DNA of 20,000 nucleotides from an uncultured virus (IMG/VR IMGVR_UViG_3300037962_000140) (IMGVR_UViG_3300037962_000140:61921-81920), one strand, 5' to 3'; shown: positions 8,628 through 16,594, numbered from the stretch's first letter. Notes: generated by a model not told the origin, from the letters alone. Numbers and translations: made by a program.

Positions 8628-8712
8628 AAAGAAAATGCCTAAGATGATGAAAAAAGGTGGGCCAACTAAAAAGAAAACTAAAAAATCTCCTAAGATGAAG
8701 AGGAGGAAGTAA
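8617..8712 (+). CDS. 31-aa lysine-rich peptide MKGRKKMPKMMKKGGPTKKKTKKSPKMKRRK (absent from ORF track)
   Basis: AGGAG at 8606-8610, GTG at 8617, TAA at 8710-8712 overlapping the next ATG; fills the gap exactly. Confidence 0.75.
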   Translation: MKGRKKMPKMMKKGGPTKKKTKKSPKMKRRK

Positions 8713-8915
8713 TGAAGCGATATAACCGAGAGTATCCTGCACCTAGTTCTCAACCAGCAGGCGTTAAGGTAGAGCCTATGACTGCTTCTTCAGAAGGGTT
8801 TGCAACTCCTACTGAACTCAAGCAAAAAACTATCGACATTCCTGGGAAAAAAGTGAAGACTAAAGGAACAGGAGCGGCGACTAAAGGTTTAGATTTCATT
8901 AGTTATGTTAACTAA
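8712..8915 (+). CDS. Small conserved hypothetical protein
   Basis: AGGAGG RBS; TAATG coupling at both ends; C-terminal KGTGAATKG motif. Confidence 0.8.
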   Translation: MKRYNREYPAPSSQPAGVKVEPMTASSEGFATPTELKQKTIDIPGKKVKTKGTGAATKGLDFISYVN

Positions 8916-9115
8916 TGGATTTTATAAAAACTTCGGAGCATTTGCTCCGCAAATTACGAGAGCGTCAATACGACCTTTCGCAATCACTCGCTTCGGGGAG
9001 TGCAAACGACTATGTTCAGTACCAACGAATAGTTGGGGAAATTTCAGGGTTAAATTTCGCTGAACAAGAGATAACAACCCTGCTTGGAAATATGGAAGAT
9101 ATAGATGACGACTAG
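8915..9115 (+). CDS. Small helical conserved protein upstream of GroES
   Basis: Coupled start; LASGSANDYVQYQRIVGEISGL helical-hairpin pattern. Confidence 0.8.
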   Translation: MDFIKTSEHLLRKLRERQYDLSQSLASGSANDYVQYQRIVGEISGLNFAEQEITTLLGNMEDIDDD

Positions 9116-9536
9116 CAAAAAAGTAGAGGATAGAGTTTTAAATTTCGGGTCTGATACGTCTGAAGAACCGAAACCTACTCTAACGCACGAGAACGTAGAT
9201 TCTCATACAGAAAAATTACCCAATCCAACAGGATACAGGGTTTTAATTCTACCGTTTACTCCTCCAGAGAAAACGAAAGGCGGCATTATGTTAGCTAAAC
9301 AAACTCTTGATAAAGAGCGGATAGCTACCATAGTTGGGCTTGTTGTAAGACTAGGCCCAGATGCTTATTCCGACGAAGAAAAATTCCCAGAAGGCCCGTG
9401 GTGTAAAGAGGGTGATTGGGTGATTTTTGGTCGCTACGCAGGAGCTAGATTTAATATTGAAGGTGGGGATATGCGTCTCCTCAACGATGATGAAATCTTA
9501 GCCACTGTTAATAACCCAGAAGATATTCTGCAATAA
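9105..9536 (+). CDS. groES: Co-chaperonin GroES (Cpn10) homologue
   Basis: PTGYRVLI, mobile loop EKTKGGIML, VVRLGP, KEGDWVIFGRYAG and LLNDDEILA are diagnostic Cpn10 motifs. Confidence 0.93.
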   Translation: MTTSKKVEDRVLNFGSDTSEEPKPTLTHENVDSHTEKLPNPTGYRVLILPFTPPEKTKGGIMLAKQTLDKERIATIVGLVVRLGPDAYSDEEKFPEGPWCKEGDWVIFGRYAGARFNIEGGDMRLLNDDEILATVNNPEDILQ

Positions 9537-9546
9537 GGAACTTAGA

Positions 9547-10416
9547 ATGGCTGAATCACAAGAAATTGAGTTAGAACTTCCCGAGGAAGAAGTAGATATT
9601 CATGAGGCTGATGTAATTCAAGAGTCTGCGCAAGACGTAAACTTTTCTGCTGAAGAGGAAACGTCTAATGAAGACGAGCTTAATGAGTATAGTGATGGCG
9701 TAAAGAAACGTATTGATAAATTAACTTATCGTATGCGTGAAGCTGAACGTCAGCGCGAAGAAGCAGTAAAACTTGCTAAACAGATGGCTGAACAAAATGC
9801 TCAGCTTCAAACTAAACTGCAGTCTTCTGACTCTACTTTAGTTAACGAATACGCTACTCGTGTAGAGAGTCAAAAAGAGCAAGCACGAAAAGCGTTGAAA
9901 GAAGCTCAAGAGTTAGGTGATGCTGAGGCTATTGCATTAGCTACAGAAGCAGTTGCTAAAACTTCCTTAGAAGAGCAAAATGCTCAACGACTGAAACAAA
10001 GACAACAAAGACCGGCAGCTCAACAGCCTCAACAGGGGGCTCAACAACCTCAGCAGCAAAACTTACAACCTGCACCTGTTGATCCAAGAGCTGAAGAATG
10101 GGCAGAAGAAAACCCATGGTTTGGAGAAAATGAAGGAATGACCTATGCAGCAATGGGCATCCATCAGAAATTATTAGGTGAAGGAGTTCCTCCGAATACT
10201 AAACATTATTATCAAAGAGTGGATAGTGAAATGAGAGAACTTTTTCCGCAACAGTTCGCCGATGAGACGAAGAACGTGAAATCCCCTGTAGCAGGAGCTA
10301 GCCGTGGTGTTGGTTCCGCTAAGAAAGGCTCACGCAGTGTAAAACTCACTCCATCACAGATAGCTATTGCTAAACGTGTAGGGGTGCCTCTTGAAGAGTA
10401 CGCAAAATATGTATAA
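9547..10416 (+). CDS. Probable capsid scaffolding protein
   Basis: Acidic N-terminus, long coiled coil (VKKRIDKLT...), W..ENPWF motif, C-terminal LTPSQIAIAKRVGVPLEEYAK helix-turn; located upstream of the capsid genes. Confidence 0.75.
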   Translation: MAESQEIELELPEEEVDIHEADVIQESAQDVNFSAEEETSNEDELNEYSDGVKKRIDKLTYRMREAERQREEAVKLAKQMAEQNAQLQTKLQSSDSTLVNEYATRVESQKEQARKALKEAQELGDAEAIALATEAVAKTSLEEQNAQRLKQRQQRPAAQQPQQGAQQPQQQNLQPAPVDPRAEEWAEENPWFGENEGMTYAAMGIHQKLLGEGVPPNTKHYYQRVDSEMRELFPQQFADETKNVKSPVAGASRGVGSAKKGSRSVKLTPSQIAIAKRVGVPLEEYAKYV

Positions 10417-10428
10417 AGGAGATGACAA

Positions 10429-10896
10429 ATGACAGATCGAACCTCCAGATCTGCTGAAACCCGAGCAAAAAAAGCTCGCAAAAAGAAATGGCAACCACCT
10501 TCAATGTTGGACGCCCCAGAAGCACCTGAAGGATTTAAACACAGGTGGATACGTGCAGAAGTCAGAGGACACGATGACAAAGCGAATATGTCTAAGCGTA
10601 TTCGTGAAGGATTCGAACCAGTAAGAGCGGAAGATCATCCAGATTTTGATGCTCCTACAGTGGACGATGGAAAGCACGCGGGTATAATTGGAGTAGGTGG
10701 CTTAGTTCTTGCAAAAGTTCCAGAAGAAACCGTAGAAGAAAGAACCGATTACTTTGCACAAAGAAGTCGGGAACAACTTCAGGGAGTAGACAATGATCTT
10801 TTGCGGGATAGTGATCCTAGAATGCCTATAAGTAAAAGAGACATTCAAAGGAACTCTAAGGTTGAATTTGGCAGTCGGAACTCAGGTTCTGATTAA
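10429..10896 (+). CDS. Conserved head-module hypothetical protein
   Basis: AAGGAG RBS; WQPPSML, HRWIR and REGFEPV motifs; lies between scaffold and capsid genes. Confidence 0.8.
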   Translation: MTDRTSRSAETRAKKARKKKWQPPSMLDAPEAPEGFKHRWIRAEVRGHDDKANMSKRIREGFEPVRAEDHPDFDAPTVDDGKHAGIIGVGGLVLAKVPEETVEERTDYFAQRSREQLQGVDNDLLRDSDPRMPISKRDIQRNSKVEFGSRNSGSD

Positions 10897-10924
10897 TTTA
10901 TCACTCTAATATGAGGGTTTAATA

Positions 10925-11464
10925 ATGGCTAATACGGATGCACCTAATGGGTTCACTCCTGTAAAGTCCCTGTACGGGGGCACGGTTAGACCCAAGAAAA
11001 TGCGTATTGCAAGTGCATACGGAACTGCTATTTATAGCGGTGATGTTGTCACACTTTCTTCGGGCTATGTTAATCAGGCGGGAGCAACTTCAACTCCTGT
11101 TGGCGTGTTTTACGGTGTGTATTACACGGCTACAGATGGGACTCCTACGTTTTCTAAATCGTGGACTGCAAGCACAGCTACACTTGGCAGCGCAGATGCG
11201 GAAGCATATGTGTATGCTGATCCTGGCATTGTGTTTGAAGCACAGTTCACAGCAGGAACTCCTGCGGTAAGTTTTATCGGCAATAAGTACACTTTGAGTA
11301 CTACTGCTGGTAGCTCTACTAACGGTCGTTCTAAAGAGGGTGTAACAGCCACTACTTCTAGTGGTGTTGCTTTATGTGTCGGTTTTGTAGATTCTCCTAG
11401 CAATAGCATCGGTGCTTATGCTCGGGCGTACTTTACATTCCCAACTAACACCTTCGCAGTTTAA
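10925..11464 (+). CDS. Probable capsid decoration/cement protein
   Basis: Small-residue, beta-rich protein (MANTDAPNGFTPV...IYSGDVV) immediately upstream of the major capsid gene. Confidence 0.6.
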   Translation: MANTDAPNGFTPVKSLYGGTVRPKKMRIASAYGTAIYSGDVVTLSSGYVNQAGATSTPVGVFYGVYYTATDGTPTFSKSWTASTATLGSADAEAYVYADPGIVFEAQFTAGTPAVSFIGNKYTLSTTAGSSTNGRSKEGVTATTSSGVALCVGFVDSPSNSIGAYARAYFTFPTNTFAV

Positions 11465-11476
11465 GGAGAGTAATTA

Positions 11477-12385
11477 ATGGCTATCAATAGAGCACAACTC
11501 GTTAAAGAGCTTGTTCCTGGCCTCCATGCTCTCTTTGGACTTGAGTATGATAGGTATCCGAATGAGCATGAGGAAATTTTCGATACGGAAAGTTCCGAAA
11601 GAGCATTCGAAGAAGAAGTTATGCTTTCTGGCTTTGGCGAAGCCCCTGTTAAGAGCGAAGGCTCTGCAGTGGACTACGACAGCGCACAAGAAGCATGGAC
11701 TGCGCGTTATACACATGACACGGTCGCTTTGGCCTTCAGTCTAACTGAAGAAGCGATCGAGGATAATTTGTATGACACGTTATCTTCTCGTTACACACGC
11801 GCACTAGCACGTTCCATGATGACCACTAAGCAAATTAAGGCAGCTAACATTTTAAACAATGCTTTTAGTTCGTCTTATGTTGGTGGTGATGGAAAAGAGC
11901 TTTGTGCAACTGACCACCCCACCGTTGCAAATGAAGATCAAAAGAATGAGCTGTCTACCGCAGCTGATTTGAATGAAACTTCATTGGAACAAGCGTTGAT
12001 TGATATTGCTGCGTTCGAAGACGAGCGCGGTCTTAAAATCAATGCTCAAGCAAGAAAGCTGATTATCCCACCTGCTTTGCAGTTTGTTGCGGATAGGCTT
12101 CTTGAGTCAGCGGGAAGAGTAGGTACAGCAGACAATGATATCAACGCAGTTCGTAACATGGGCATGGTTCCTGAAGGTTACACTGTAAATCATTATCTAA
12201 CTGATACTGATGCTTTCTTCCTAAAGACTGATGTTCCTAACGGACTCAAGCATTTCGTTCGTACGCCTGTATCAACGAATATGGAAGGTGACTTTGAAAC
12301 CGGAAATGTTCGATATAAGGCCAGAGAGCGTTATAGCTTTGGTTGGTCTGATTGGAGAGGTATTTTCGGCTCTCCTGGAGCATAA
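11477..12385 (+). CDS. Major capsid protein (HK97 fold, Mu gpT-like family)
   Basis: TAAGGAG RBS; 302 aa; KSEG, GGDGKELCATDHP, KLIIPPAL and RYKARERYSFGWSDWRG motifs; followed by a terminator-like hairpin. Confidence 0.92.
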   Translation: MAINRAQLVKELVPGLHALFGLEYDRYPNEHEEIFDTESSERAFEEEVMLSGFGEAPVKSEGSAVDYDSAQEAWTARYTHDTVALAFSLTEEAIEDNLYDTLSSRYTRALARSMMTTKQIKAANILNNAFSSSYVGGDGKELCATDHPTVANEDQKNELSTAADLNETSLEQALIDIAAFEDERGLKINAQARKLIIPPALQFVADRLLESAGRVGTADNDINAVRNMGMVPEGYTVNHYLTDTDAFFLKTDVPNGLKHFVRTPVSTNMEGDFETGNVRYKARERYSFGWSDWRGIFGSPGA

Positions 12386-12391
12386 TACCAC

Positions 12392-12416
12392 AGGGGGGCT
12401 ATGCCCCCCTTTATTT
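12392..12416 (+). terminator. Intrinsic terminator/attenuator hairpin after the capsid gene
   Basis: AGGGGGGC-TAT-GCCCCCCT stem followed by TTATTT (imperfect U tract). Confidence 0.7.
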
Positions 12417-12493
12417 CTGGGAATATAATAGCCCTAGCGACTGTCCCAGCAGACGCTTACGAAGACTCTAGGGCGAAACCTTTCGTAAGGAGG
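12417..12493 (+). ncRNA. Pseudoknotted structured RNA downstream of the capsid gene (candidate Mu-gpT-DE-type motif)
   Basis: Three crossing helices: 12417-22/12444-49, 12431-37/12468-74, 12456-63/12482-89; position downstream of a gpT-like gene fits my recollection of the Mu-gpT-DE motif. Confidence 0.7.
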
Positions 12494-12500
12494 AAAACCG

Positions 12501-13007
12501 ATGGCTCAGACGACTTTCGCTGGCCCCGTTAGATCACTCGCTGGTCTTATTAATGCTGGATACAATGGTGTTGTTAGCTTAACAGCTAATACAACAATTA
12601 CTGTTGCTGATCATGCAGGACGACCACTTCTTTGTAATGATGCAGATGGTGTTTTTACACTGCCTAGTATTGTTGTTACAGAACCTACTGATAAAGGTTC
12701 TCCAAGTCAAACAGCCAATTTAGGTGCGCAATTTACATTTATAGTTGTAACAGCTGCTACTGACATGGACATCGTAACGGATGGTACTGACAAATTTGTT
12801 GGTGGAATTTACACAGGCGTAGATGATGCAACTGGTAAAACTTTCATCTCAGGTGCGTCTAATGACGTTATTACTCAGAACGGTTCTACTAAAGGTGGAT
12901 TAGCTGGAAGTATTATCAGAGTTACTGCTATAGCAAGTGCTAAATATGCGGTAGAAGGATTAATACTTGGTTCAGGTACACTTGTTACTCCATTCGCTGA
13001 CTCTTAA
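12501..13007 (+). CDS. Putative virion structural protein (minor head/decoration)
   Basis: TAAGGAGG RBS; MAQTTFAGPVRS N-terminus; T/G/V beta-rich; directly after the capsid gene. Confidence 0.7.
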   Translation: MAQTTFAGPVRSLAGLINAGYNGVVSLTANTTITVADHAGRPLLCNDADGVFTLPSIVVTEPTDKGSPSQTANLGAQFTFIVVTAATDMDIVTDGTDKFVGGIYTGVDDATGKTFISGASNDVITQNGSTKGGLAGSIIRVTAIASAKYAVEGLILGSGTLVTPFADS

Positions 13008-13024
13008 TAGAGGAGTAAATTGAT

Positions 13025-13432
13025 ATGGCAGATGCAGTTACCAGTACAACTATTATGGACGGTACGCATAGAGCAGTCATCCAGATAACCAACCTTAGTG
13101 ACAGCACTGGAGAAAGTGCTGTTACAAAAGTTGACGTTAGCGCGTTGAATGCTAGAGCCGATGGAACTGCGTGTAGTGGTGTTACTATTGATAAAGTGCA
13201 CCACTCTATAACCGGCTTCACCCAAGTACAATTACTTTGGGATGCAGACACGAATACGATCGCATTAGCATTGGCAGAGTCAAGTAATGGACATATGGAC
13301 TTTAGCGGTTTTGGTGGATTACAGAATACTTCTGGTACTGGAAAGACAGGAGATATTGCTCTAACTACCATAGGAGCTGCCGCTAACGATACTTATGTTA
13401 TCGTTCTTGATTTATTAAAGCATTACGGATAG
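13025..13432 (+). CDS. Putative virion structural protein
   Basis: GAGGAG RBS; beta-rich; DFSGFGGL and TGDIALTT motifs. Confidence 0.7.
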   Translation: MADAVTSTTIMDGTHRAVIQITNLSDSTGESAVTKVDVSALNARADGTACSGVTIDKVHHSITGFTQVQLLWDADTNTIALALAESSNGHMDFSGFGGLQNTSGTGKTGDIALTTIGAAANDTYVIVLDLLKHYG

Positions 13433-14110
13433 ATGGCTACTTCAGGTACTAGAACTTTTAGTTTAGACGTAGCGTTAGCTATAGAGGACGCATACGAACT
13501 AGCAGGACTCGAACTTCGTACAGGTTACGATGCGGTCACTGCTAGGCGTTCTTTAAATCTAATGTTTGCAGATTGGTCTAACAGAGGTGTTCAGCTTTGG
13601 GAAGTTGTAGAGGTCTCTCAGACTTTAACTGAGGGAGATTCTTCTTACGACCTGAATGCTTACGATATTGATATACTAGACGCGATAATTCGAAGAACTG
13701 TTAATGGTGTTCAAACTGATTTTCAGATCTCTAGGGTTGATCGTAATGAGTACTTCAATATTCCTAATAAGAACTCTAAAGCTAGGCCCACACAGTTTTA
13801 TGTAGAACGCACAATAACACCTAAAGTGTATTTGTGGCCTTCTCCAGAAAACTCGACGGATCAGTTTATATCGTACAGATGGCAACGTATCCAGGATGCT
13901 ACTGCTTCTGTTAACGATCTTGATGTACCTAGTCGATTCTTACCTTGTTTAACTATGGGATTAGCTTACTACTTAGCAGTTAAAAAGAACCCAGATAAAG
14001 TTGCTTTATTACAGCCTATGTATGAGCAAGCTCTTATGAACGCAATGAGGTTTGATGAAGATAGAACATCTGTACATCTGATTCCTAAAATAAGTTCTGT
14101 TTTCACCTAA
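13433..14110 (+). CDS. Putative head-tail adaptor/neck ring protein 1
   Basis: Helical N-terminus (IEDAYELAG, ARRSLNLMFADWSNRG), beta insert with RPTQFY and LWPSPE, helical C-terminus GLAYYLA. Confidence 0.6.
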   Translation: MATSGTRTFSLDVALAIEDAYELAGLELRTGYDAVTARRSLNLMFADWSNRGVQLWEVVEVSQTLTEGDSSYDLNAYDIDILDAIIRRTVNGVQTDFQISRVDRNEYFNIPNKNSKARPTQFYVERTITPKVYLWPSPENSTDQFISYRWQRIQDATASVNDLDVPSRFLPCLTMGLAYYLAVKKNPDKVALLQPMYEQALMNAMRFDEDRTSVHLIPKISSVFT

Positions 14111-14478
14111 TGGCCTATGCACAAGGTAAACACTCACTAGGCGTTTGCGATCGCTGCGGTTGGGCATATAAGTACTTACAACTCCGTATGGAGTGGACAG
14201 GTTTTAAGGTCTGTCCTGAGTGCTACGAGCCTAAAAACCCCCAGCTTGATCCTCCGCTTATACCTACAGATCCTGAAGCACTTCATCAACCTCGACCTGA
14301 AGTACCGTTACCTCAAGCGCAACTTGGACTGGTCATAGCTAACAGCGCAACTTTTACAACGAGTGCTGGGGTTAATGTAGGTGCTCTTCCAGCCACTACA
14401 GCAGACCCTATTGGTTCAGACTTTTCAGCAGAAGGGGCTACAGGTAGTATTGGCACAGTAACAGTGGTGACTACATGA
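14110..14478 (+). CDS. Zn-finger (CxxC...CxxC) protein of the neck module
   Basis: CDRCG and CPECYE; Pro-rich linker; coupled to both neighbours. Confidence 0.75.
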   Translation: MAYAQGKHSLGVCDRCGWAYKYLQLRMEWTGFKVCPECYEPKNPQLDPPLIPTDPEALHQPRPEVPLPQAQLGLVIANSATFTTSAGVNVGALPATTADPIGSDFSAEGATGSIGTVTVVTT

Positions 14479-15113
14479 GCTGGACATACGCAACATTAAA
14501 GACTGCTATTCAAGATTATTGTGAAACGAGTGAAACCACATTTAACAATAATTTATCAGTCTTTATTCAAGAAGCCGAAGAGCGGATTCTAAAAACTGTT
14601 GAGATTCCTGATTTTAGAAAGAACGTAACAGGTACAGCCACTTCAGGCAGCACTTATTTGTCTATGCCTAGCGATTTCCTGGCTCCGTTGAGTTTAGCGG
14701 TTATCTCTAGTAGCGTGTATACATACTTGTATTTGAAGCACGTTTCCTTTATTAGAGACTATACGCCGAACGCATCGACCACAGGAACTCCTATCTATTA
14801 TGGATTATTTGATAGCTCAACTTTTATTTTGGCTCCTACACCTGACGCTAATTATACTTTTGAGCTTCATTACAAGTACAGACCGGCGTCGTTAACAGCT
14901 GGCTCTGACAGTGGTACAACTTGGCTATCTACGGATGCTCCTGACGCGCTCTTATATGGTTCTTTAGTAGAAGCGTCAACATTTATAAAGACCCCAGAAG
15001 AAACTTCTTACTACGAAGAGCGTTTTCAACAAGCTATAGCAGGGTTGAAAAAACTTGGAGAAGGTTACGGAATTCGAGACGAGCATCGTTATGATATATC
15101 TAGGATGGGTTAG
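14475..15113 (+). CDS. Putative head-tail adaptor/neck ring protein 2
   Basis: TYATLKTAIQDY, FIQEAEERI, MPSDFL, GTPIYY, LAPTPDANY and PDALLYGSLVEA fit the adaptor pattern. Confidence 0.65.
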   Translation: MSWTYATLKTAIQDYCETSETTFNNNLSVFIQEAEERILKTVEIPDFRKNVTGTATSGSTYLSMPSDFLAPLSLAVISSSVYTYLYLKHVSFIRDYTPNASTTGTPIYYGLFDSSTFILAPTPDANYTFELHYKYRPASLTAGSDSGTTWLSTDAPDALLYGSLVEASTFIKTPEETSYYEERFQQAIAGLKKLGEGYGIRDEHRYDISRMG

Positions 15114-15115
15114 TT

Positions 15116-15406
15116 ATGTTTAAGATGTCTGTTGAATCAAATCTAGGAGACGTTGTTGTTAAAACAACAGAACGCAGAGGGTTGTCTCCTGAAGAACTAG
15201 CTGAACGAGCGGTGGAACAAATAGTTAGTGTTTCTTCCTCTGTCGACCCTGTTGTGCGACAACAAGCAGAAGCGTTTAGAAACCGCATTTATCATGTAGT
15301 ATTAGGTATAATCAAACAAGCAATCAAAAGCGACAGGACAACGCTTATTAATGAGTTTATTCAACAGGGTCAGTCAGACACTGCTGATATTTTAAGGAGA
15401 CTATAA
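15116..15406 (+). CDS. Conserved hypothetical protein
   Basis: RGLSPEELAERAVEQI and AIKSDRTT motifs; TAATG coupling with the next gene; start may be 15125. Confidence 0.75.
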   Translation: MFKMSVESNLGDVVVKTTERRGLSPEELAERAVEQIVSVSSSVDPVVRQQAEAFRNRIYHVVLGIIKQAIKSDRTTLINEFIQQGQSDTADILRRL

Positions 15407-15882
15407 TGGCTATCACCACAGCTATGGCAACCTCGTTCAAATCAGAGCTTTTACAGGGAATACATAATTTCCATAACGGTTCTGGTGGAGGAACGACTAC
15501 CACTACAGGTACGGGCAATACGTTTAAGATTGCTTTGTATACCAGTAGTGCAACTATGTCAGCGTCTACTACGGCTTATGCAACGACTAACGAAGTCTCT
15601 GCTACAGGCACAGGGTATACCGCTGGCGGTAATACATTAACGAATGTAGACCCGACCACATCAGGAACTACTGCACTGACAGATTTTGCTGATACTACTT
15701 GGTCTAGTAGTTCGATTACTGCAAGAGGATGTTTAATTTATAACTCCTCAACTACCGCAGGAACAGCTAATAGAGCAGTAGCGATATTAGATTTCGGAGC
15801 GGATAAGACATCTACAAGTGGGGACTTTACTATTCAGTTTCCAACAGCAGACGCTTCTAACGCGATTATAAGAATCGCATAG
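15406..15882 (+). CDS. Putative fibre/tail-associated structural protein
   Basis: TAAGGAG RBS; FKIALYTS, NEVS.TGTGYTAGG, ITARGCLIYN and LDFGADKT motifs; Thr/Gly-rich. Confidence 0.7.
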   Translation: MAITTAMATSFKSELLQGIHNFHNGSGGGTTTTTGTGNTFKIALYTSSATMSASTTAYATTNEVSATGTGYTAGGNTLTNVDPTTSGTTALTDFADTTWSSSSITARGCLIYNSSTTAGTANRAVAILDFGADKTSTSGDFTIQFPTADASNAIIRIA

Positions 15883-15892
15883 GATATAGTGT

Positions 15893-16594
15893 GTGGCTGA
15901 TGTCAAGGTTGCCTTTGATGGATGGAATTCTTCCTCTCATGGATGGGGCGAAGGAACGTGGGGTAATGGCGAAGCAGTTCCTGGAGCAACAGGGACTCTT
16001 GGTACAGTCTCGGTTACGGCAGACGCTAATGTCTCAGTTACAGGCGTTGCGGGAACGGGGACTCTTGGGTCGGTTTCTGTATCCGCTGATGCGGATGTTA
16101 GTGTATCTGGTGTATCAGGTACTGGTGCTCTTGGTTCACTTACGGTTACGGGTACGGCAACTGTTAGTCCTACGGGAGTTGCAGGCACGGGAACACTTGG
16201 GTCAGTTACGGTCTCGGCTGACGCAAGCACTTCGGTCACTGGCGTGGCAGGCACAAGCTCGCTGGGATCAGTTACGGTTACAGGCACGGCGACAGTCTCT
16301 GTCACAGGCGTGGCAGGAACAACAGGGCTTGGAAGCGTCACCACGATCACAAGTAACACGATTGAAGTTTCTACACCAGAAATGGTCGGAGCTGTTGGAG
16401 CGGTTACGTTTGATGGAGATGCGAATGTTTCGGTTACAGGTGTGGAAGCGGCCTGTACAACGAGTGGCGTTAATGTTTGGGGGCTTATCGATGATAGCCA
16501 AACAGCGAATTGGTCAGGAATTGATGACAGTCAGACGCCGAATTGGTCAACTATTGACGATAGTCAAACACCAGATTGGAAAGAGGTAGCGTAA
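15893..16594 (+). CDS. Repeat-rich structural protein (22-aa V/T/G/S repeats, 11-aa Trp repeats)
   Basis: GTG start after AGGA; N-terminal GW..GWG.GTWG; periodic protein whose repeats vary mostly at synonymous positions. Confidence 0.75.
   Translation: MADVKVAFDGWNSSSHGWGEGTWGNGEAVPGATGTLGTVSVTADANVSVTGVAGTGTLGSVSVSADADVSVSGVSGTGALGSLTVTGTATVSPTGVAGTGTLGSVTVSADASTSVTGVAGTSSLGSVTVTGTATVSVTGVAGTTGLGSVTTITSNTIEVSTPEMVGAVGAVTFDGDANVSVTGVEAACTTSGVNVWGLIDDSQTANWSGIDDSQTPNWSTIDDSQTPDWKEVA
16019..16348 (+). repeat. Five degenerate 66-bp (22-aa) coding repeats
   Basis: Consensus (AD/GT)AxVSVTGVAGTGxLGSVTVx, with partial copies on either side. Confidence 0.85.
16478..16579 (+). repeat. Three 33-bp (11-aa) coding repeats WxxIDDSQTxN/D
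   Basis: WGLIDDSQTAN WSGIDDSQTPN WSTIDDSQTPD W. Confidence 0.9.

Noticed and set aside
10018..10056. 21-bp tandem duplication (AQQPQQ twice) in the scaffold
   Set aside because: Ordinary low-complexity linker expansion.
12383..12503. Stop readthrough or frameshift fusing the capsid to ORF 12501, stimulated by the pseudoknot
   Set aside because: The readthrough frame is not the frame of ORF 12501, and that frame has TAA at 12426-12428; no clear slippery site before the capsid stop.
15891..16589. 232-aa alternative-frame ORF overlapping ORF 15893 almost completely
   Set aside because: Its L/R/Q-rich sequence is the expected shadow of a V/T/G/A repeat gene; repeat conservation is at the protein level in the 15893 frame. 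It is not formally excluded, because both GTG starts follow the same AGGA.
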